Shown here: positions 19,809 through 29,971 of the stretch, piece after piece
Layout of the letters: every line of letters starts with the position of its first letter
Position numbering within the stretch: position 1 is the stretch's first letter
Origin: a virus
Length of the DNA stretch: 64,000 nucleotides
Virus record (IMG/VR): IMGVR_UViG_3300027996_003225
Strand: one strand, 5' to 3'
Notes under the pieces: generated by a model
The model's input: only the letters and a program-made list of their open reading frames with translations
Told to the model about the DNA's origin: nothing
The model's database searches: none
Made by a program: the position numbers and the translations under genes

Positions 19809-20978
19809 TTACCTAATTAAAACCTCACGCTCTTTCTTCATGTTTTGAGCCACTACATCAGATTCTAACAGACCAAATACATCTTCGTAATTTCCGACTT
19901 CCATCTCTGTTATACATTGATTGGTCAAAGACAATGCTGCTTCATTGTCGTCATACATATTTAAGTAATGACAAATGCAAAGTTTATTATCAGAAAAATC
20001 ACACAATTCTCTCCGATAACCCTCTTGCCCTCGACCCCAAATTTGATCTGGGCTTTCAAACAACAAGTACGGCGTGCCAACCATAGAAGCTAGTCGGGTA
20101 GAAGCTGTCCAGTACTGAATAGTGAAATTCAAAGAAGATATCAAAGCCAGAGTTAACTCTAAATCTCTAGACTCAGGCATCCTAGAAAAATCTACAACAT
20201 CCTCAACAGGACATGGCAGAGTACTTTGTTTCTCGCCAAGCCAAATAGGGCTATATCCCATATCCCTGAGCATTTTTATTAAATTAACATAAAACTCAGG
20301 CTGCATGTTTCTGCCATATGTTTTTCTTCCACGAGCAAATATTCCAACAGGGTTTTTCCCCAAATAATATTTTGCTTGATCTATTTTAAATTTTGATGGA
20401 TTAGGAGTTAACTTTGCATATTTTTTAAAACTCTTGGGATCTGAGAAAAGTGAAGGAATGACATCTTCACTTTCGCAGTACTTGCACTTCTTACATGGAT
20501 CAGTTTGTCCCCATGAAGCCCCGCAACTCTTGCATTTACATCCTACTGCAATTCTACCCATTTCCTGTGTTGTGATAACTCTTCCAAGTTTTTTCAAAGC
20601 CTTTTCTAAGTTGGATAGATTCTTGGAGTCATAATGAAAAGCCCTACAATAATCTCTCAAATGTTGAAACTCTTCTTTTATTTCCCAAAATTCATCTGCC
20701 AGATGCCGATATAAATATTCCCTACCAAACCAACCTACAATAATTACATATTTTCCAGGATTCTCACGAAGGATTCTGGGAATGCAGTACATGCATCCAA
20801 CAATCTCGCAACCAAATTCTGACAAGCTTGAAATAATTAGTATATCATCTGGATTCTTGGGCTTTGTTCTTGGATTGTTTTTAAATAAATTAAAACTTAT
20901 ATCTACAACAGGCTCTTCTGCCTCAATCGACTTCTTGTCGCCAGCATTCTGTGGTTTGGGTTTTATGATTCTACTCAT
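19809..20978 (-). CDS. GT-B glycosyltransferase, GT9/heptosyltransferase-like
   Basis: EFGCE near N-terminus; LALISSLNFTI..TASTRLASMVGTPYL. Confidence 0.5.
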   Translation of the reverse strand: MSRIIKPKPQNAGDKKSIEAEEPVVDISFNLFKNNPRTKPKNPDDILIISSLSEFGCEIVGCMYCIPRILRENPGKYVIIVGWFGREYLYRHLADEFWEIKEEFQHLRDYCRAFHYDSKNLSNLEKALKKLGRVITTQEMGRIAVGCKCKSCGASWGQTDPCKKCKYCESEDVIPSLFSDPKSFKKYAKLTPNPSKFKIDQAKYYLGKNPVGIFARGRKTYGRNMQPEFYVNLIKMLRDMGYSPIWLGEKQSTLPCPVEDVVDFSRMPESRDLELTLALISSLNFTIQYWTASTRLASMVGTPYLLFESPDQIWGRGQEGYRRELCDFSDNKLCICHYLNMYDDNEAALSLTNQCITEMEVGNYEDVFGLLESDVVAQNMKKEREVLIR

Positions 20979-21160
20979 TTAGTGTTACCCTTAGTTCTGT
21001 ACATCTTCGACGCATGTCCGCACTCAGGGCACCTGAACTGTCTACCCCCGCAATTCTTGCATTTTTTGATTTCTTTAAGATGATCTAGATCTGAAGAAAG
21101 TCCGGTAGACTTTTCTGCCCAATTGCAGGCTTTACATTTTATAAGAAACCTTTTATCCAT
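20975..21160 (-). CDS. Zinc-ribbon protein
   Basis: CKAC, CKNC, CPEC. Confidence 0.65.
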   Translation of the reverse strand: MDKRFLIKCKACNWAEKSTGLSSDLDHLKEIKKCKNCGGRQFRCPECGHASKMYRTKGNTK

Positions 21161-21181
21161 GAAATAATATAGTTAATAACT

Positions 21182-22438
21182 TTATTTTTTCATCTGCCTT
21201 AGAATTCTATTTCTTTCTTTTTCATTATACAAATCCCAAGTCTTAACCTTGGTGGCTTCATCATCGTCTTCATCTATCCCGCCACCGCCCATGCCGTAGA
21301 GGTATGCTCCCTTACCAAGTTTCCCTCCACCATTCCCTTTTTTCGCCTCTCCCAAGTCTTTACAAAGTTTAGGAACAGACACGGTAGAAGAAGAACTGCG
21401 AACTGAGCCTTCAATCCTGTCCCCATCAACCATTGCAAAGCTTATAGCGGTGGTCACCCCTTCCCATGTAACCATGTCATCAGACATGTCTGCGATCATA
21501 TCTCTATGCCTAGAAGGAATTATCCCCATGCCCACAACGGCCACTCCCTCATTGATATACGCTTTCTTAGTAGCCTCTGCTTTTGAATCAACCCAAAACT
21601 TTGGACGTTCAAAATTAACTATAGACTTCAAAGCAGACGGATGCCTGTATTCAAACAACCCTGACCACGCTTTGAATTCATACTCGGTTGCGTCATCAGC
21701 CATCAAGTTTTCAGTATCTGTGCTTATCCCAACCATCAAGGCAGTAGCCAACTTAGAGTCAATGTCATTATCTGGATCAAATTTTAGACCCGTTTTTTCT
21801 ATCAAATCATAGACGGTAGCCGAACAACTTCCTGCTTTCAAATTAATCCATAGACCTTGAAAACTAGCAGAAGGATTTTCCCTATGGTGATCAACTACAA
21901 TGTCAAATGTGACTTCATCACACAATCCCGCATTAACTGGGACTGTATCGCACAAAATATGGATACTATAGGGAGACTCTTTATGTATTTGGGCGTATTC
22001 GTCAACCCTTCTTAGATTGGGATCAAGAAGGTTGACCATCGCAACATTTTGCGGATGAGAAACTTCTCCAGAATAGAACAAATCACTTTCAATTCCATAA
22101 GACTTTTCTAACAACCACTGCATCCCCATCATGGAGCCGATAGCATCTGGATCTGGACACCTATGAGTGAATATCGCAGCCTTGTTGCAAGACTCTGAAT
22201 TGTTGCGATTTTCAAAGCCTGTAGCCTCGCTGAAAAAGGATTTAAACTTTGTGAAGTACGTTGCCCTTTTACCAGAAGCAGGCTTTTTTTTAGAAGTTTT
22301 TTCTTGAGAAGATTCTTCAACATCCTTAGCCTTGGAAGAAGCGGTGTTCATCTTATACCTTAAAAACGAGTCCTTTGTTCCTGAGAAAAGTAACGATACT
22401 AATATCTTTTCCCATGTCATCTGTGACACGAATGTCAA
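21182..22438 (-). CDS. DHH/DHHA1 phosphoesterase (NrnA-like)
   Basis: THRCPDPDAIGS, VVDHH, GISTDT, GSVRS..GGG. Confidence 0.88.
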   Translation of the reverse strand: MTFVSQMTWEKILVSLLFSGTKDSFLRYKMNTASSKAKDVEESSQEKTSKKKPASGKRATYFTKFKSFFSEATGFENRNNSESCNKAAIFTHRCPDPDAIGSMMGMQWLLEKSYGIESDLFYSGEVSHPQNVAMVNLLDPNLRRVDEYAQIHKESPYSIHILCDTVPVNAGLCDEVTFDIVVDHHRENPSASFQGLWINLKAGSCSATVYDLIEKTGLKFDPDNDIDSKLATALMVGISTDTENLMADDATEYEFKAWSGLFEYRHPSALKSIVNFERPKFWVDSKAEATKKAYINEGVAVVGMGIIPSRHRDMIADMSDDMVTWEGVTTAISFAMVDGDRIEGSVRSSSSTVSVPKLCKDLGEAKKGNGGGKLGKGAYLYGMGGGGIDEDDDEATKVKTWDLYNEKERNRILRQMKK

Positions 22439-22766
22439 CGATCCAAAACGAGTCTTTTTTTTCCTTCAAAACACAACGAGGATTTGTGCTAGAATTGAAC
22501 AACTTGATCAATTCATCCTTTGCCTTGTAAGAAGATGTAACTTCTAGAAAGGCCCAAACTTTCCTTCCGTCTTCAAGAACCAATTCAAACTCGTGACCAG
22601 AATTAACCCTTACTTGATTTATTCCAAAAACTCCAAAAGAATCAACAATTCCAGATGTGGAATTGTTTGAAAATGGAGACTTTATACTACACATGACAAC
22701 AAAGTTTGACAAAAGCAAAACAATCAAAATAAGCTTTAGCAAAGTATTTTTATTCATTTTAACCAC
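22353..22766 (-). CDS. Membrane-anchored hypothetical protein
   Basis: N-terminal hydrophobic helix. Confidence 0.5.
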   Translation of the reverse strand: MVKMNKNTLLKLILIVLLLSNFVVMCSIKSPFSNNSTSGIVDSFGVFGINQVRVNSGHEFELVLEDGRKVWAFLEVTSSYKAKDELIKLFNSSTNPRCVLKEKKDSFWIVDIRVTDDMGKDISIVTFLRNKGLVFKV

Positions 22767-22815
22767 TCAATATGATATGACACAATCCGCAAATACAAAT
22801 AGAAAAAGATGTTTT

Positions 22816-23367
22816 CTAAGCTTGTTCCTCACCATTGGACTTATCATTATCTATTATCGCATCATTCAATTCTAAAAGTTCTTCGCACCACAAACCATAT
22901 CTCGAAACATTCTGCGTGAAAACCAACAAGTCCAAAGGAGAAACCTTCCATTTCGGATTTCCGTCATCATCAATTTTCAACTCATTAGAATATTGAACTC
23001 TTCCAAATTCGTCTTTTACGACTTTTTTCTTCCCATTTTCAACCACTACCTCTGGTAAGAATTCAGCTTCCATTCGGGTCATGTGCAAATCTATGAATGC
23101 ATGCTTTTGGTCGGGGCCAAGTATTTGGTGCCATATATCTGAACAAATTACAATGCAAAAATCATATTTTGTGGCTTGCCATACTTTTGAAAACTCTGAA
23201 AATTTCTTAGTCGAACCCCAATTAAAACGATTATTTGTAAATGGCTTCGAATCTACAAAAGCAGCAGTGACTCGTGCTTCGTCTAAACGAGGAGAATGAT
23301 GAAAAGATTTCACATCGTTAATTGTTGTTTGAACAGTGTCAGGTACTTTCCAAGTAACAGGCATCAT
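22816..23367 (-). CDS. Putative phage metallopeptidase-family protein, HExxH degenerate
   Basis: YDFCIVI..W..L..AFIDLHMTRM..F..NVSRYGLW layout. Confidence 0.55.
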   Translation of the reverse strand: MMPVTWKVPDTVQTTINDVKSFHHSPRLDEARVTAAFVDSKPFTNNRFNWGSTKKFSEFSKVWQATKYDFCIVICSDIWHQILGPDQKHAFIDLHMTRMEAEFLPEVVVENGKKKVVKDEFGRVQYSNELKIDDDGNPKWKVSPLDLLVFTQNVSRYGLWCEELLELNDAIIDNDKSNGEEQA

Positions 23368-23576
23368 TTTTCCTTTTCTGTTTTTGTAATTTTAGATTTA
23401 ACTTTTTCGTTTCGATTAAAAATATGAAAAAGTGTAGACAAGAATAACATTCCAAGCACGAAAAAACAAATGTTATTGAATATGCTAAGAACGCCATCCT
23501 TTTCATAAGAGTAATATCCAACCAATACCGCTAGGGAAAGATAGGACAACGCAGACAAAGCATATAATATTTTCAT
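23364..23576 (-). CDS. Small two-TM membrane protein
   Basis: Two hydrophobic segments, basic tail. Confidence 0.5.
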   Translation of the reverse strand: MKILYALSALSYLSLAVLVGYYSYEKDGVLSIFNNICFFVLGMLFLSTLFHIFNRNEKVKSKITKTEKEK

Positions 23577-23580
23577 AAAA

Positions 23581-23610
23581 AAACCTTCCTAAAACTATTT
23601 AGGAAGGTTT
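23581..23610 (-). terminator. Intrinsic terminator-like hairpin
   Basis: AAACCTTCCTAAA-ACTA-TTTAGGAAGGTTT 13-bp stem followed by T-run on minus strand. Confidence 0.6.
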
Positions 23611-23641
23611 ATTCTTAATTATATCTGAATGAAAGTCAACG

Positions 23642-24418
23642 TCAATATGCTTGGCCAGAGGATATAGATTCTGGAGCCGAATGAGATAATTCGTCGCTCA
23701 ACTTGTCAAGCTTTTCTTTAAGAGACTCCATCTTTTTTTCCATTGCTTCTGAGCGTTTTCCCAAACCTAACAAAGAATTGATTTTGTCACCCATCTCGTG
23801 CAGTTTAGCCTTAGCTTCTTCGATTTTCTCAAGATCTTCTTCACTATATGTTACTCCCAATTGCTCTGGTTCCAACTCTTGGTCAGGACCAATCGTATTT
23901 GGACGGATAGGATTGGGGGATTGCCTTATTGCATCAGCAACTTTTTTGATTCCCTCTTTATCAATAACTGACTCTGTGAACACCTCTTTAGGAGCAAGCT
24001 CGCCATTCGCAGACATATTGTGAACAGTGTTCCAGTAGTCAGCATCTCGCTCAGACACGCCATCTGAAGGGTCTGAGTTCGTGGCTCCAAAAAAACTGAC
24101 GTTTGCAGTTTTTTGGGACGGGACGAAGTGGTTAGGAGCATTTTCGAAAACTCCATCGCTTTTTGCCTTTTCCCACTTTTCACACCAATCATCAAAGTCT
24201 CCTCTTTGCTCCTGCTCTCTGTCTTGGCCAAAAGAAGGATCGAATCCAGCAGAAGAAGAAACAAATGACTCGCTATCTGTCACTTTAGGCTGTGGATTTA
24301 AGTTTCCATTTCCATCAGTAATAGCACCTTTGGAAAAGTCTTCTTCATTCTTCGCTTTGTCCCATTTTTGACACCAATCGGCAAAGTCTTCTCTTTGTTG
24401 TTGTTCATAATCTTTCAT
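23642..24418 (-). CDS. Hypothetical protein with internal repeat and C-terminal coiled coil
   Basis: EQQQREDFADWCQKWDKAK / EQEQRGDFDDWCEKWEKAK. Confidence 0.7.
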   Translation of the reverse strand: MKDYEQQQREDFADWCQKWDKAKNEEDFSKGAITDGNGNLNPQPKVTDSESFVSSSAGFDPSFGQDREQEQRGDFDDWCEKWEKAKSDGVFENAPNHFVPSQKTANVSFFGATNSDPSDGVSERDADYWNTVHNMSANGELAPKEVFTESVIDKEGIKKVADAIRQSPNPIRPNTIGPDQELEPEQLGVTYSEEDLEKIEEAKAKLHEMGDKINSLLGLGKRSEAMEKKMESLKEKLDKLSDELSHSAPESISSGQAY

Positions 24419-24442
24419 AATAATTATATATGGTTTTCGAGC

Positions 24443-24655
24443 TTATTTTTTTAATTCTGGGTCGAAATAAATGGCCAAACTAGCAGTTGTGCTCTTCATC
24501 TCTCCAGAAAAATAAGCATCTCTAAGACGAGATATGGCTAAATTTGTTATGTTATACTTATATTCTAAATGTTCCCAGCTTTCATCGAAGCCTCTCATCA
24601 TACACAGTAGCTCGTCAATAATCTTCAAATCATCTAAACGATATTCTTTATTCAT
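24443..24655 (-). CDS. Hypothetical protein
   Basis: 70-aa ORF. Confidence 0.5.
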   Translation of the reverse strand: MNKEYRLDDLKIIDELLCMMRGFDESWEHLEYKYNITNLAISRLRDAYFSGEMKSTTASLAIYFDPELKK

Positions 24656-24666
24656 AACGATATTCT

Positions 24667-25263
24667 TTATTTATCAGGCTCAACAAGCAGTCTATCGATT
24701 TTCTCTTTTGATCTAAACTTAAACTCATCATGCCACCCAGTAGTTTTCCCCGTGTACCTCACGTTGCCCTTCAAAAACCTTCTCACAGCATACTCAGTAT
24801 CTGAAGTATATCTAATACTTAAGAGAGCTTCTTCAAAATTGTTCTCTACCCAATCATAGTTTTGGGAACAACGAAGCATCATGGTAAAAAACGACCTTCT
24901 CATGCCAGTCTTGGTCCAAAATGGAACAACTTTTATCCAAGAAATTGTTGATCTTTGAGTTGGGCCAATTCGAGACTTGTCTTTAAGTTTCAACTTGTTT
25001 TCGACTTTTCTAATAAACCTAGCAACATCTTCTGTTTGATGTTTCGAGTGAGAATATAAAATCCTTGTCACTCCCTGAGATTCTTGTTGAAACCATTCTC
25101 TGCAAAAGTACCACTTATTCGCCAGCCAAATTTCTTCGTTAGAAGGATGTGTTCGGGAGGAATGTCTAACTTTAGAAAAGGAACCTTGAGTGACTCGCAT
25201 TGCAGAAGATCGTTTCTCACCAGTATCATTAGCAACTTTCTTTTTCTCGCCAATAATTGACAT
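24667..25263 (-). CDS. Hypothetical protein
   Basis: 198-aa ORF, GGAG SD. Confidence 0.65.
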   Translation of the reverse strand: MSIIGEKKKVANDTGEKRSSAMRVTQGSFSKVRHSSRTHPSNEEIWLANKWYFCREWFQQESQGVTRILYSHSKHQTEDVARFIRKVENKLKLKDKSRIGPTQRSTISWIKVVPFWTKTGMRRSFFTMMLRCSQNYDWVENNFEEALLSIRYTSDTEYAVRRFLKGNVRYTGKTTGWHDEFKFRSKEKIDRLLVEPDK

Positions 25264-25282
25264 CTATTTTCTCCAAGGGTTC

Positions 25283-25768
25283 TTAAGAGCTTTCTTCTGT
25301 CAGAATGTTTGCTCTAATCGTAAGGCCATCCTCAGTGTTTTCGATGGCGTCATCTAAATTTATCAAAGAGACACAACTCCAGTGAGGATCATCACGAGGA
25401 ATATATTCCTGTTGGGTATAAAAGTAAACCTCAACTGTATAGCTGTATTTCTTTTTTGCTAAATCATCGTGAGACATCCCAGCCAACAAATCCTCCGACA
25501 TCTCTCTTGGAATCCGAATAGAATCTTTTTCATTTGCGTGAAGCAGTTTTCGCATGATTTGCATAACTGCTTCAATTTTTCCATCCCCTTGAAGCATCGA
25601 CATAATGTTTCTTTTTTCCATTCCATCAAGAAACTCAGCTTTGGCTGTGTAACAAGCCATAACCTGACCTCTCTGAGGCTCATGCCTTCTGACATCAAAA
25701 AAATATTGATCAAAATTTTCTTCCGTGATGACCAGCAACTCTTCTTTTTCTTTTTCTTCTTCACTCAT
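25283..25768 (-). CDS. Hypothetical protein
   Basis: 161-aa ORF coupled to dnaE C-half. Confidence 0.65.
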   Translation of the reverse strand: MSEEEKEKEELLVITEENFDQYFFDVRRHEPQRGQVMACYTAKAEFLDGMEKRNIMSMLQGDGKIEAVMQIMRKLLHANEKDSIRIPREMSEDLLAGMSHDDLAKKKYSYTVEVYFYTQQEYIPRDDPHWSCVSLINLDDAIENTEDGLTIRANILTEESS

Positions 25769-25769
25769 T

Positions 25770-28502
25770 TTATATTCCCACTATTGTAAAGCCTTCATCG
25801 TTTATATCTTTCAAAAGCTTTTCCTCTGCCTTGGAAGGCTCATGCTTTATTTCAACTTGTTCCGGTTTAGCCATGACGACGAGTCTGCCATCTGCTGCTT
25901 TTTCAGGTAGCTCCGAACGATTTCGTTTGGTCGGACTCTGAAAAACGTGACTGCTAAATCCGGGATCAGGTCGATTGATCCTCATTCTAAGAAAGTTACC
26001 TTGGCGGAATTCTCCGTCCCAATGCTCTATTTCTTCCTTAAATCTAACAAAATCATCTTCCCACATCGTCACCAGTCTTGTGTTAAAATTTTCATCTTGA
26101 ACAGTAAAAACATAATAAGGATTTCCCTTTTTAGAAAGCCTCTCCTGTAATGATGACTCCTTTTTAGGAAGCCCTTTTTTATCCAAGCTTACTATCTGAC
26201 ATTCAATTGGTGCCCAAAGCAAGGTTGATTCCTCATCAAAACGGTCAAAAGTCATTCCGCCTTTATAGTCAGGGCTGAACTCTATAGGATGCTGCCATGC
26301 GAATCCATAATACATCGATTCTGCAATGCCTAGCAACTCGTTGTAAACATTTTCAAATCCCGTGTCGATTTCTCCAGAAGGCATAAAATCAGCAAGAGTG
26401 ATTGGCAGATCAGAATCTTTCTTCTTCTTCAAAGATTCGACGTTTCTCTTGTACTTCTTTCCAATCTTTAAAATGTCTTCCAAATCATCTTTTAAGTGTT
26501 GGAAATTAAAATTCTCAAATTCAAATTCAGAAATGAAGAAATCTTTCTTAGGCAAATCTAATAAACCGCTTTTCAGAATCTCTTTTAAAAAGTTTTCAGA
26601 GGAACCATCGCCCCCATTCTTGTAAAGAACGTAGTCCATCTCTTCTACAATTTTTAATTTAGATTTATCCGCACGCTTATCTCTGTCCTGACGCTTTTTT
26701 GTTTCATGTTTAAAGTACTCCCAAAATTCATGGAGCACCTTTCTGTCTTCCTCTTCTCCGAAGCAATTTAAGGCAATCAAAGGCTTTAGAACTTTTGAAT
26801 CTGTGCCAAATCTTTGCAAGAAGTCATCAAATCCACTGTATGGCTGTCCTTCCTCGATCTTATGAGAGACATCTTCCCCTATTCCCTTAATGTCAGAGAA
26901 GCCCATATAGACCAAATCATCAACAATTTCCCAGTTCCAACCTGATTTGTTGATGTCTACCCTTTTTAGCTCTACACCATCTTTCTCTGCCTCAAGTTTG
27001 TAATCTTTAATTTTACCTGACTGGGTTTCGCATTGCAAAGTTCCACAATAAAACTCAATTGGAAAATGTGCCTTCAAGTAAAGAAGCCTAGACGAAATAT
27101 AAGAATATGCGTAAGCGTGGCTTGCGTTAAATCCGTACTCTGAAAAAGCTTCCACTTGATCCCACAGTTCTTCAACTTCTTTCTTTTCCCAGCCGAGATT
27201 TGATTGCCCACGACCAACGAACTGCTCTTTATATCGAGCAAACTCCTTAACCTTTTTCTTACTCATTGCTTTTCTGACTTTTTCGCAATGAATAAGCGGA
27301 ATGTCTCCCACGACATTCAAAATTTTCATAACCTGTTCTTGGTAAACCATAACTCCATATGTTCTGCCAAGAATTGGCCTGAGAATCGGATGCAAATCTC
27401 CATCCATGTCTGGAACTGGATTACTAACAGGCTCTTGTCCTCTTTTTCGCCTGATGTACGTTTTATCCATGTCCATATTAAGAGGGCCGGGTCTGTACAG
27501 AGCAGAATAAGCAGGTAAATCATCAAACCCTGTTACACCGCCTTTTTTAACCATCTCACGCATTCCATTAGAATCAAACTGGAAAATGCACTTTAGCTTT
27601 CCTTCATCCGCTAAAGCAATTGCTTTAGGGTCATTCAGATAGGCAGTATCAGACCAATCGTCATCCGTGCCATCCAAAGCAGATATTGTCTTTATGTGAG
27701 GATGATTCCTTTTGACTAACTCGCTGATGGTTACAATTCTTTTCAAATCCGTAACAACCAAGAGGTCAAATTTAATCAAACCCAAAGGGCCTAAGTCGGT
27801 TCCAGACAGCCCTTCCACAAATGCAGAAACATAAGCGTCGTCTTTGCCCTTAACCAGTGGAACCAGTTTATTGATTCTTTGATCAGAAATGATTAGCCCA
27901 CCAGCATGCATTCCCATTCCACGATTGCGATTTAAAAGCCTACGGGCAGCGTCTGCAACATCTGGATTGTCTTCGCAATATTTGCCCAATTTCTCAAATT
28001 GCTCTAAAGCTTTATCGAAAGTAAGAGTCTTGCCATCATTATCTTTCAAGCCAAGCTGAGTGGTTAGTCCTATAATTTCATTTCGATCCTTATCATGGAC
28101 CTTGGCCATATCAATTAAAGAACTTTTTATTCCGTAAGTTGTGTAGTTGCCAATTGCGCAAACATTTTCTTTTCCAAACTCTTTCGGTGCCCACTCAACC
28201 TTTAGATAATCACGAACTTGAGGTAAGTAATCTATATCAATATCTGGAAACTCGCCCTGTACAGAAACTGGTGGCAAATTTATGTCGAAATCATCGACCA
28301 AGTCTAAAAGATAAGCAATTAAAAGATTGTTTTCATTGTTTTCAAATTTAGCTTTTTTAGAATGAAGATCTACAAAATACTCATGTTCCGCCTGAGCATC
28401 AAGCTCTTTAAGCTCCTCTCTTAATCGCTCTTTATATTCAGAAGAATCTAAGCCCTTTTTGGACATTCCTTCCACGCAAAGTTTTAGTAGTTGATCTCTC
28501 AT
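25770..28502 (-). CDS. dnaE: DNA polymerase III alpha, C-terminal half (catalytic palm, fingers, HhH, OB); no PHP domain
   Basis: PDIDID, GMHAGG, LIKFDLL, SALYRPGP, TYGVMVYQEQVM, YGFNASHAYAY, C-terminal OB fold. Confidence 0.93.
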   Translation of the reverse strand: MRDQLLKLCVEGMSKKGLDSSEYKERLREELKELDAQAEHEYFVDLHSKKAKFENNENNLLIAYLLDLVDDFDINLPPVSVQGEFPDIDIDYLPQVRDYLKVEWAPKEFGKENVCAIGNYTTYGIKSSLIDMAKVHDKDRNEIIGLTTQLGLKDNDGKTLTFDKALEQFEKLGKYCEDNPDVADAARRLLNRNRGMGMHAGGLIISDQRINKLVPLVKGKDDAYVSAFVEGLSGTDLGPLGLIKFDLLVVTDLKRIVTISELVKRNHPHIKTISALDGTDDDWSDTAYLNDPKAIALADEGKLKCIFQFDSNGMREMVKKGGVTGFDDLPAYSALYRPGPLNMDMDKTYIRRKRGQEPVSNPVPDMDGDLHPILRPILGRTYGVMVYQEQVMKILNVVGDIPLIHCEKVRKAMSKKKVKEFARYKEQFVGRGQSNLGWEKKEVEELWDQVEAFSEYGFNASHAYAYSYISSRLLYLKAHFPIEFYCGTLQCETQSGKIKDYKLEAEKDGVELKRVDINKSGWNWEIVDDLVYMGFSDIKGIGEDVSHKIEEGQPYSGFDDFLQRFGTDSKVLKPLIALNCFGEEEDRKVLHEFWEYFKHETKKRQDRDKRADKSKLKIVEEMDYVLYKNGGDGSSENFLKEILKSGLLDLPKKDFFISEFEFENFNFQHLKDDLEDILKIGKKYKRNVESLKKKKDSDLPITLADFMPSGEIDTGFENVYNELLGIAESMYYGFAWQHPIEFSPDYKGGMTFDRFDEESTLLWAPIECQIVSLDKKGLPKKESSLQERLSKKGNPYYVFTVQDENFNTRLVTMWEDDFVRFKEEIEHWDGEFRQGNFLRMRINRPDPGFSSHVFQSPTKRNRSELPEKAADGRLVVMAKPEQVEIKHEPSKAEEKLLKDINDEGFTIVGI

Positions 28503-28508
28503 ATGAAA

Positions 28509-28537
28509 TTTATAACCTAAATCAATTACATTTGCAA
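28509..28537 (-). promoter_or_regulatory. Sigma70-like promoter with predicted start at or next to the dnaE C-half ATG (leaderless)
   Basis: TTGCAA (28532-37), 17 nt, TATAAA (28509-14), 6 nt, ATG; no SD. Confidence 0.55.
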
Positions 28538-28538
28538 C

Positions 28539-28940
28539 TTATCTTTTTCTTTTGACAACATTTGAATCTTTTCTCTTTCTTCTTCTTTTTGGCTTTTCTT
28601 CCTCTTTTTCTTCCTCAACCGGAATAGGTTCTGGATCGAGTTGAAGAACAGACGAATCGGTCCACTTATGTCGATCCCACACCTGAACTGAACGGTTAAA
28701 TTTTTGAAAAACCTTTTCTGCCTCGGTTTTTAAATCTTTTAAAGTGTTGCTTTCCTTGTAGTGAACGTAACAATTAGGATTATCTTCTTTAGACAAACCT
28801 AGAACATATCTGAACTCGTATTTGACCATTCCATATTCATCAAATTCTAATTCAATTTTAGGTTTTTCTTCTTCGCCTTCTATTATTTCCTCTTCTATTA
28901 TTTCCTCTTCTTTAATCTTCCTCTTTCTTCCCATTTTCAT
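28539..28940 (-). CDS. Hypothetical protein with charged termini (start moved to MKMGRKRK)
   Basis: ORF track 28539..29006. Confidence 0.55.
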   Translation of the reverse strand: MKMGRKRKIKEEEIIEEEIIEGEEEKPKIELEFDEYGMVKYEFRYVLGLSKEDNPNCYVHYKESNTLKDLKTEAEKVFQKFNRSVQVWDRHKWTDSSVLQLDPEPIPVEEEKEEEKPKRRRKRKDSNVVKRKR

Positions 28941-29184
28941 TCCAGTATATTTGAGTGTGTTTATTGTTTTTGGAAAGCCATTCATGAACGTGATGGAGTG
29001 TATCAATACAATCTTGCTCAGTGAAATCCTTTAGCCTCTTTTTCTTTGGGAAATATGAATACTCTGAACTATCCGACCAGCCCTCGCCAGCAAGCTCCAT
29101 CCCAAAGAGACCTTCTGCGTGCCCTAGAAACGAAGCCAGGAGAGACGTTACGTCTTGCAATTGTTTTAATTCATCAGAACTCAT
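28912..29184 (-). CDS. Hypothetical protein (start moved to MSSDEL)
   Basis: Sub-ORF of track 28912..29244. Confidence 0.5.
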   Translation of the reverse strand: MSSDELKQLQDVTSLLASFLGHAEGLFGMELAGEGWSDSSEYSYFPKKKRLKDFTEQDCIDTLHHVHEWLSKNNKHTQIYWNENGKKEED

Positions 29185-29186
29185 TT

Positions 29187-29444
29187 TTAATCCCAAATTA
29201 AAGTGCTTCTGTACCAATCCTTGACCCAAAAATGATCTCTCCACATGGGGTCAAGTTTATATGGATGCTCTTTGTAATAATCCATTAATTTTATATTCAG
29301 CATCCCTTTCATTTTGGCATACTCTACAGGATCTATTTCTTGGCCGCAATCCTGGCATGTATAGCTCCCAATTAAACTATACATGCCATTAAATGTTGCA
29401 TTGTCGTGTTCGCAGATTAAGTCATCATAACTCTGATGCATCAT
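29187..29444 (-). CDS. Hypothetical protein with possible Zn site
   Basis: CEH..CQDC. Confidence 0.55.
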   Translation of the reverse strand: MMHQSYDDLICEHDNATFNGMYSLIGSYTCQDCGQEIDPVEYAKMKGMLNIKLMDYYKEHPYKLDPMWRDHFWVKDWYRSTLIWD

Positions 29445-29553
29445 CTGGGGCTTCCTTGAAAAAGTCTAAGGGGTATTCAACAACCGCACCTGTCTCCAAC
29501 GGCTGAATTTCAAAAATCAAACTCAAGTCAACATATTGCCCGTGAAATATCAT
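29425..29553 (-). CDS. 42-aa ORF below track threshold (MIFHGQYVDLSL...)
   Basis: Fills the gap exactly between two minus-strand genes. Confidence 0.4.
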   Translation of the reverse strand: MIFHGQYVDLSLIFEIQPLETGAVVEYPLDFFKEAPDDASEL

Positions 29554-29952
29554 TTAATGATCTCCCTCAAATATGTTTCCAATTACTTCTATTTCACCCA
29601 GAAAATCACAATGTAACCAACCGCCGTTGGGAACCCAGATTCCCCAACATAGATTATCTAAAGTTTGATCACTGTTCCACTCAACAAACCCAACATATCT
29701 TTCGCCGCCAATATCTGAGTTGTCAAAAACAACTTTATCTCCCTCGTAAATGTCAACTCCATTTTTATCTACAAGACCAATCCACTGCTGAGTAATGATG
29801 CCTTCTATTGGATGTGACAACCGATGACAATTATGGCAGTCACTAGGGTTGGGACGAAAGCTGCTGCTGCATATGCCACGATTGCCAATATGCAGATTTT
29901 CCCTGAACATGCCAGAGCTTTGATCCCAGAATCTAAACCTAAACCTACTCAA
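29554..29952 (-). CDS. YopX-family phage protein
   Basis: FRFRFWD..QQWIGLVDKNGVDIYEGD..EVIGNIFE. Confidence 0.88.
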   Translation of the reverse strand: MSRFRFRFWDQSSGMFRENLHIGNRGICSSSFRPNPSDCHNCHRLSHPIEGIITQQWIGLVDKNGVDIYEGDKVVFDNSDIGGERYVGFVEWNSDQTLDNLCWGIWVPNGGWLHCDFLGEIEVIGNIFEGDH

Positions 29953-29971
29953 GTCATCTCCAATTTAAACC

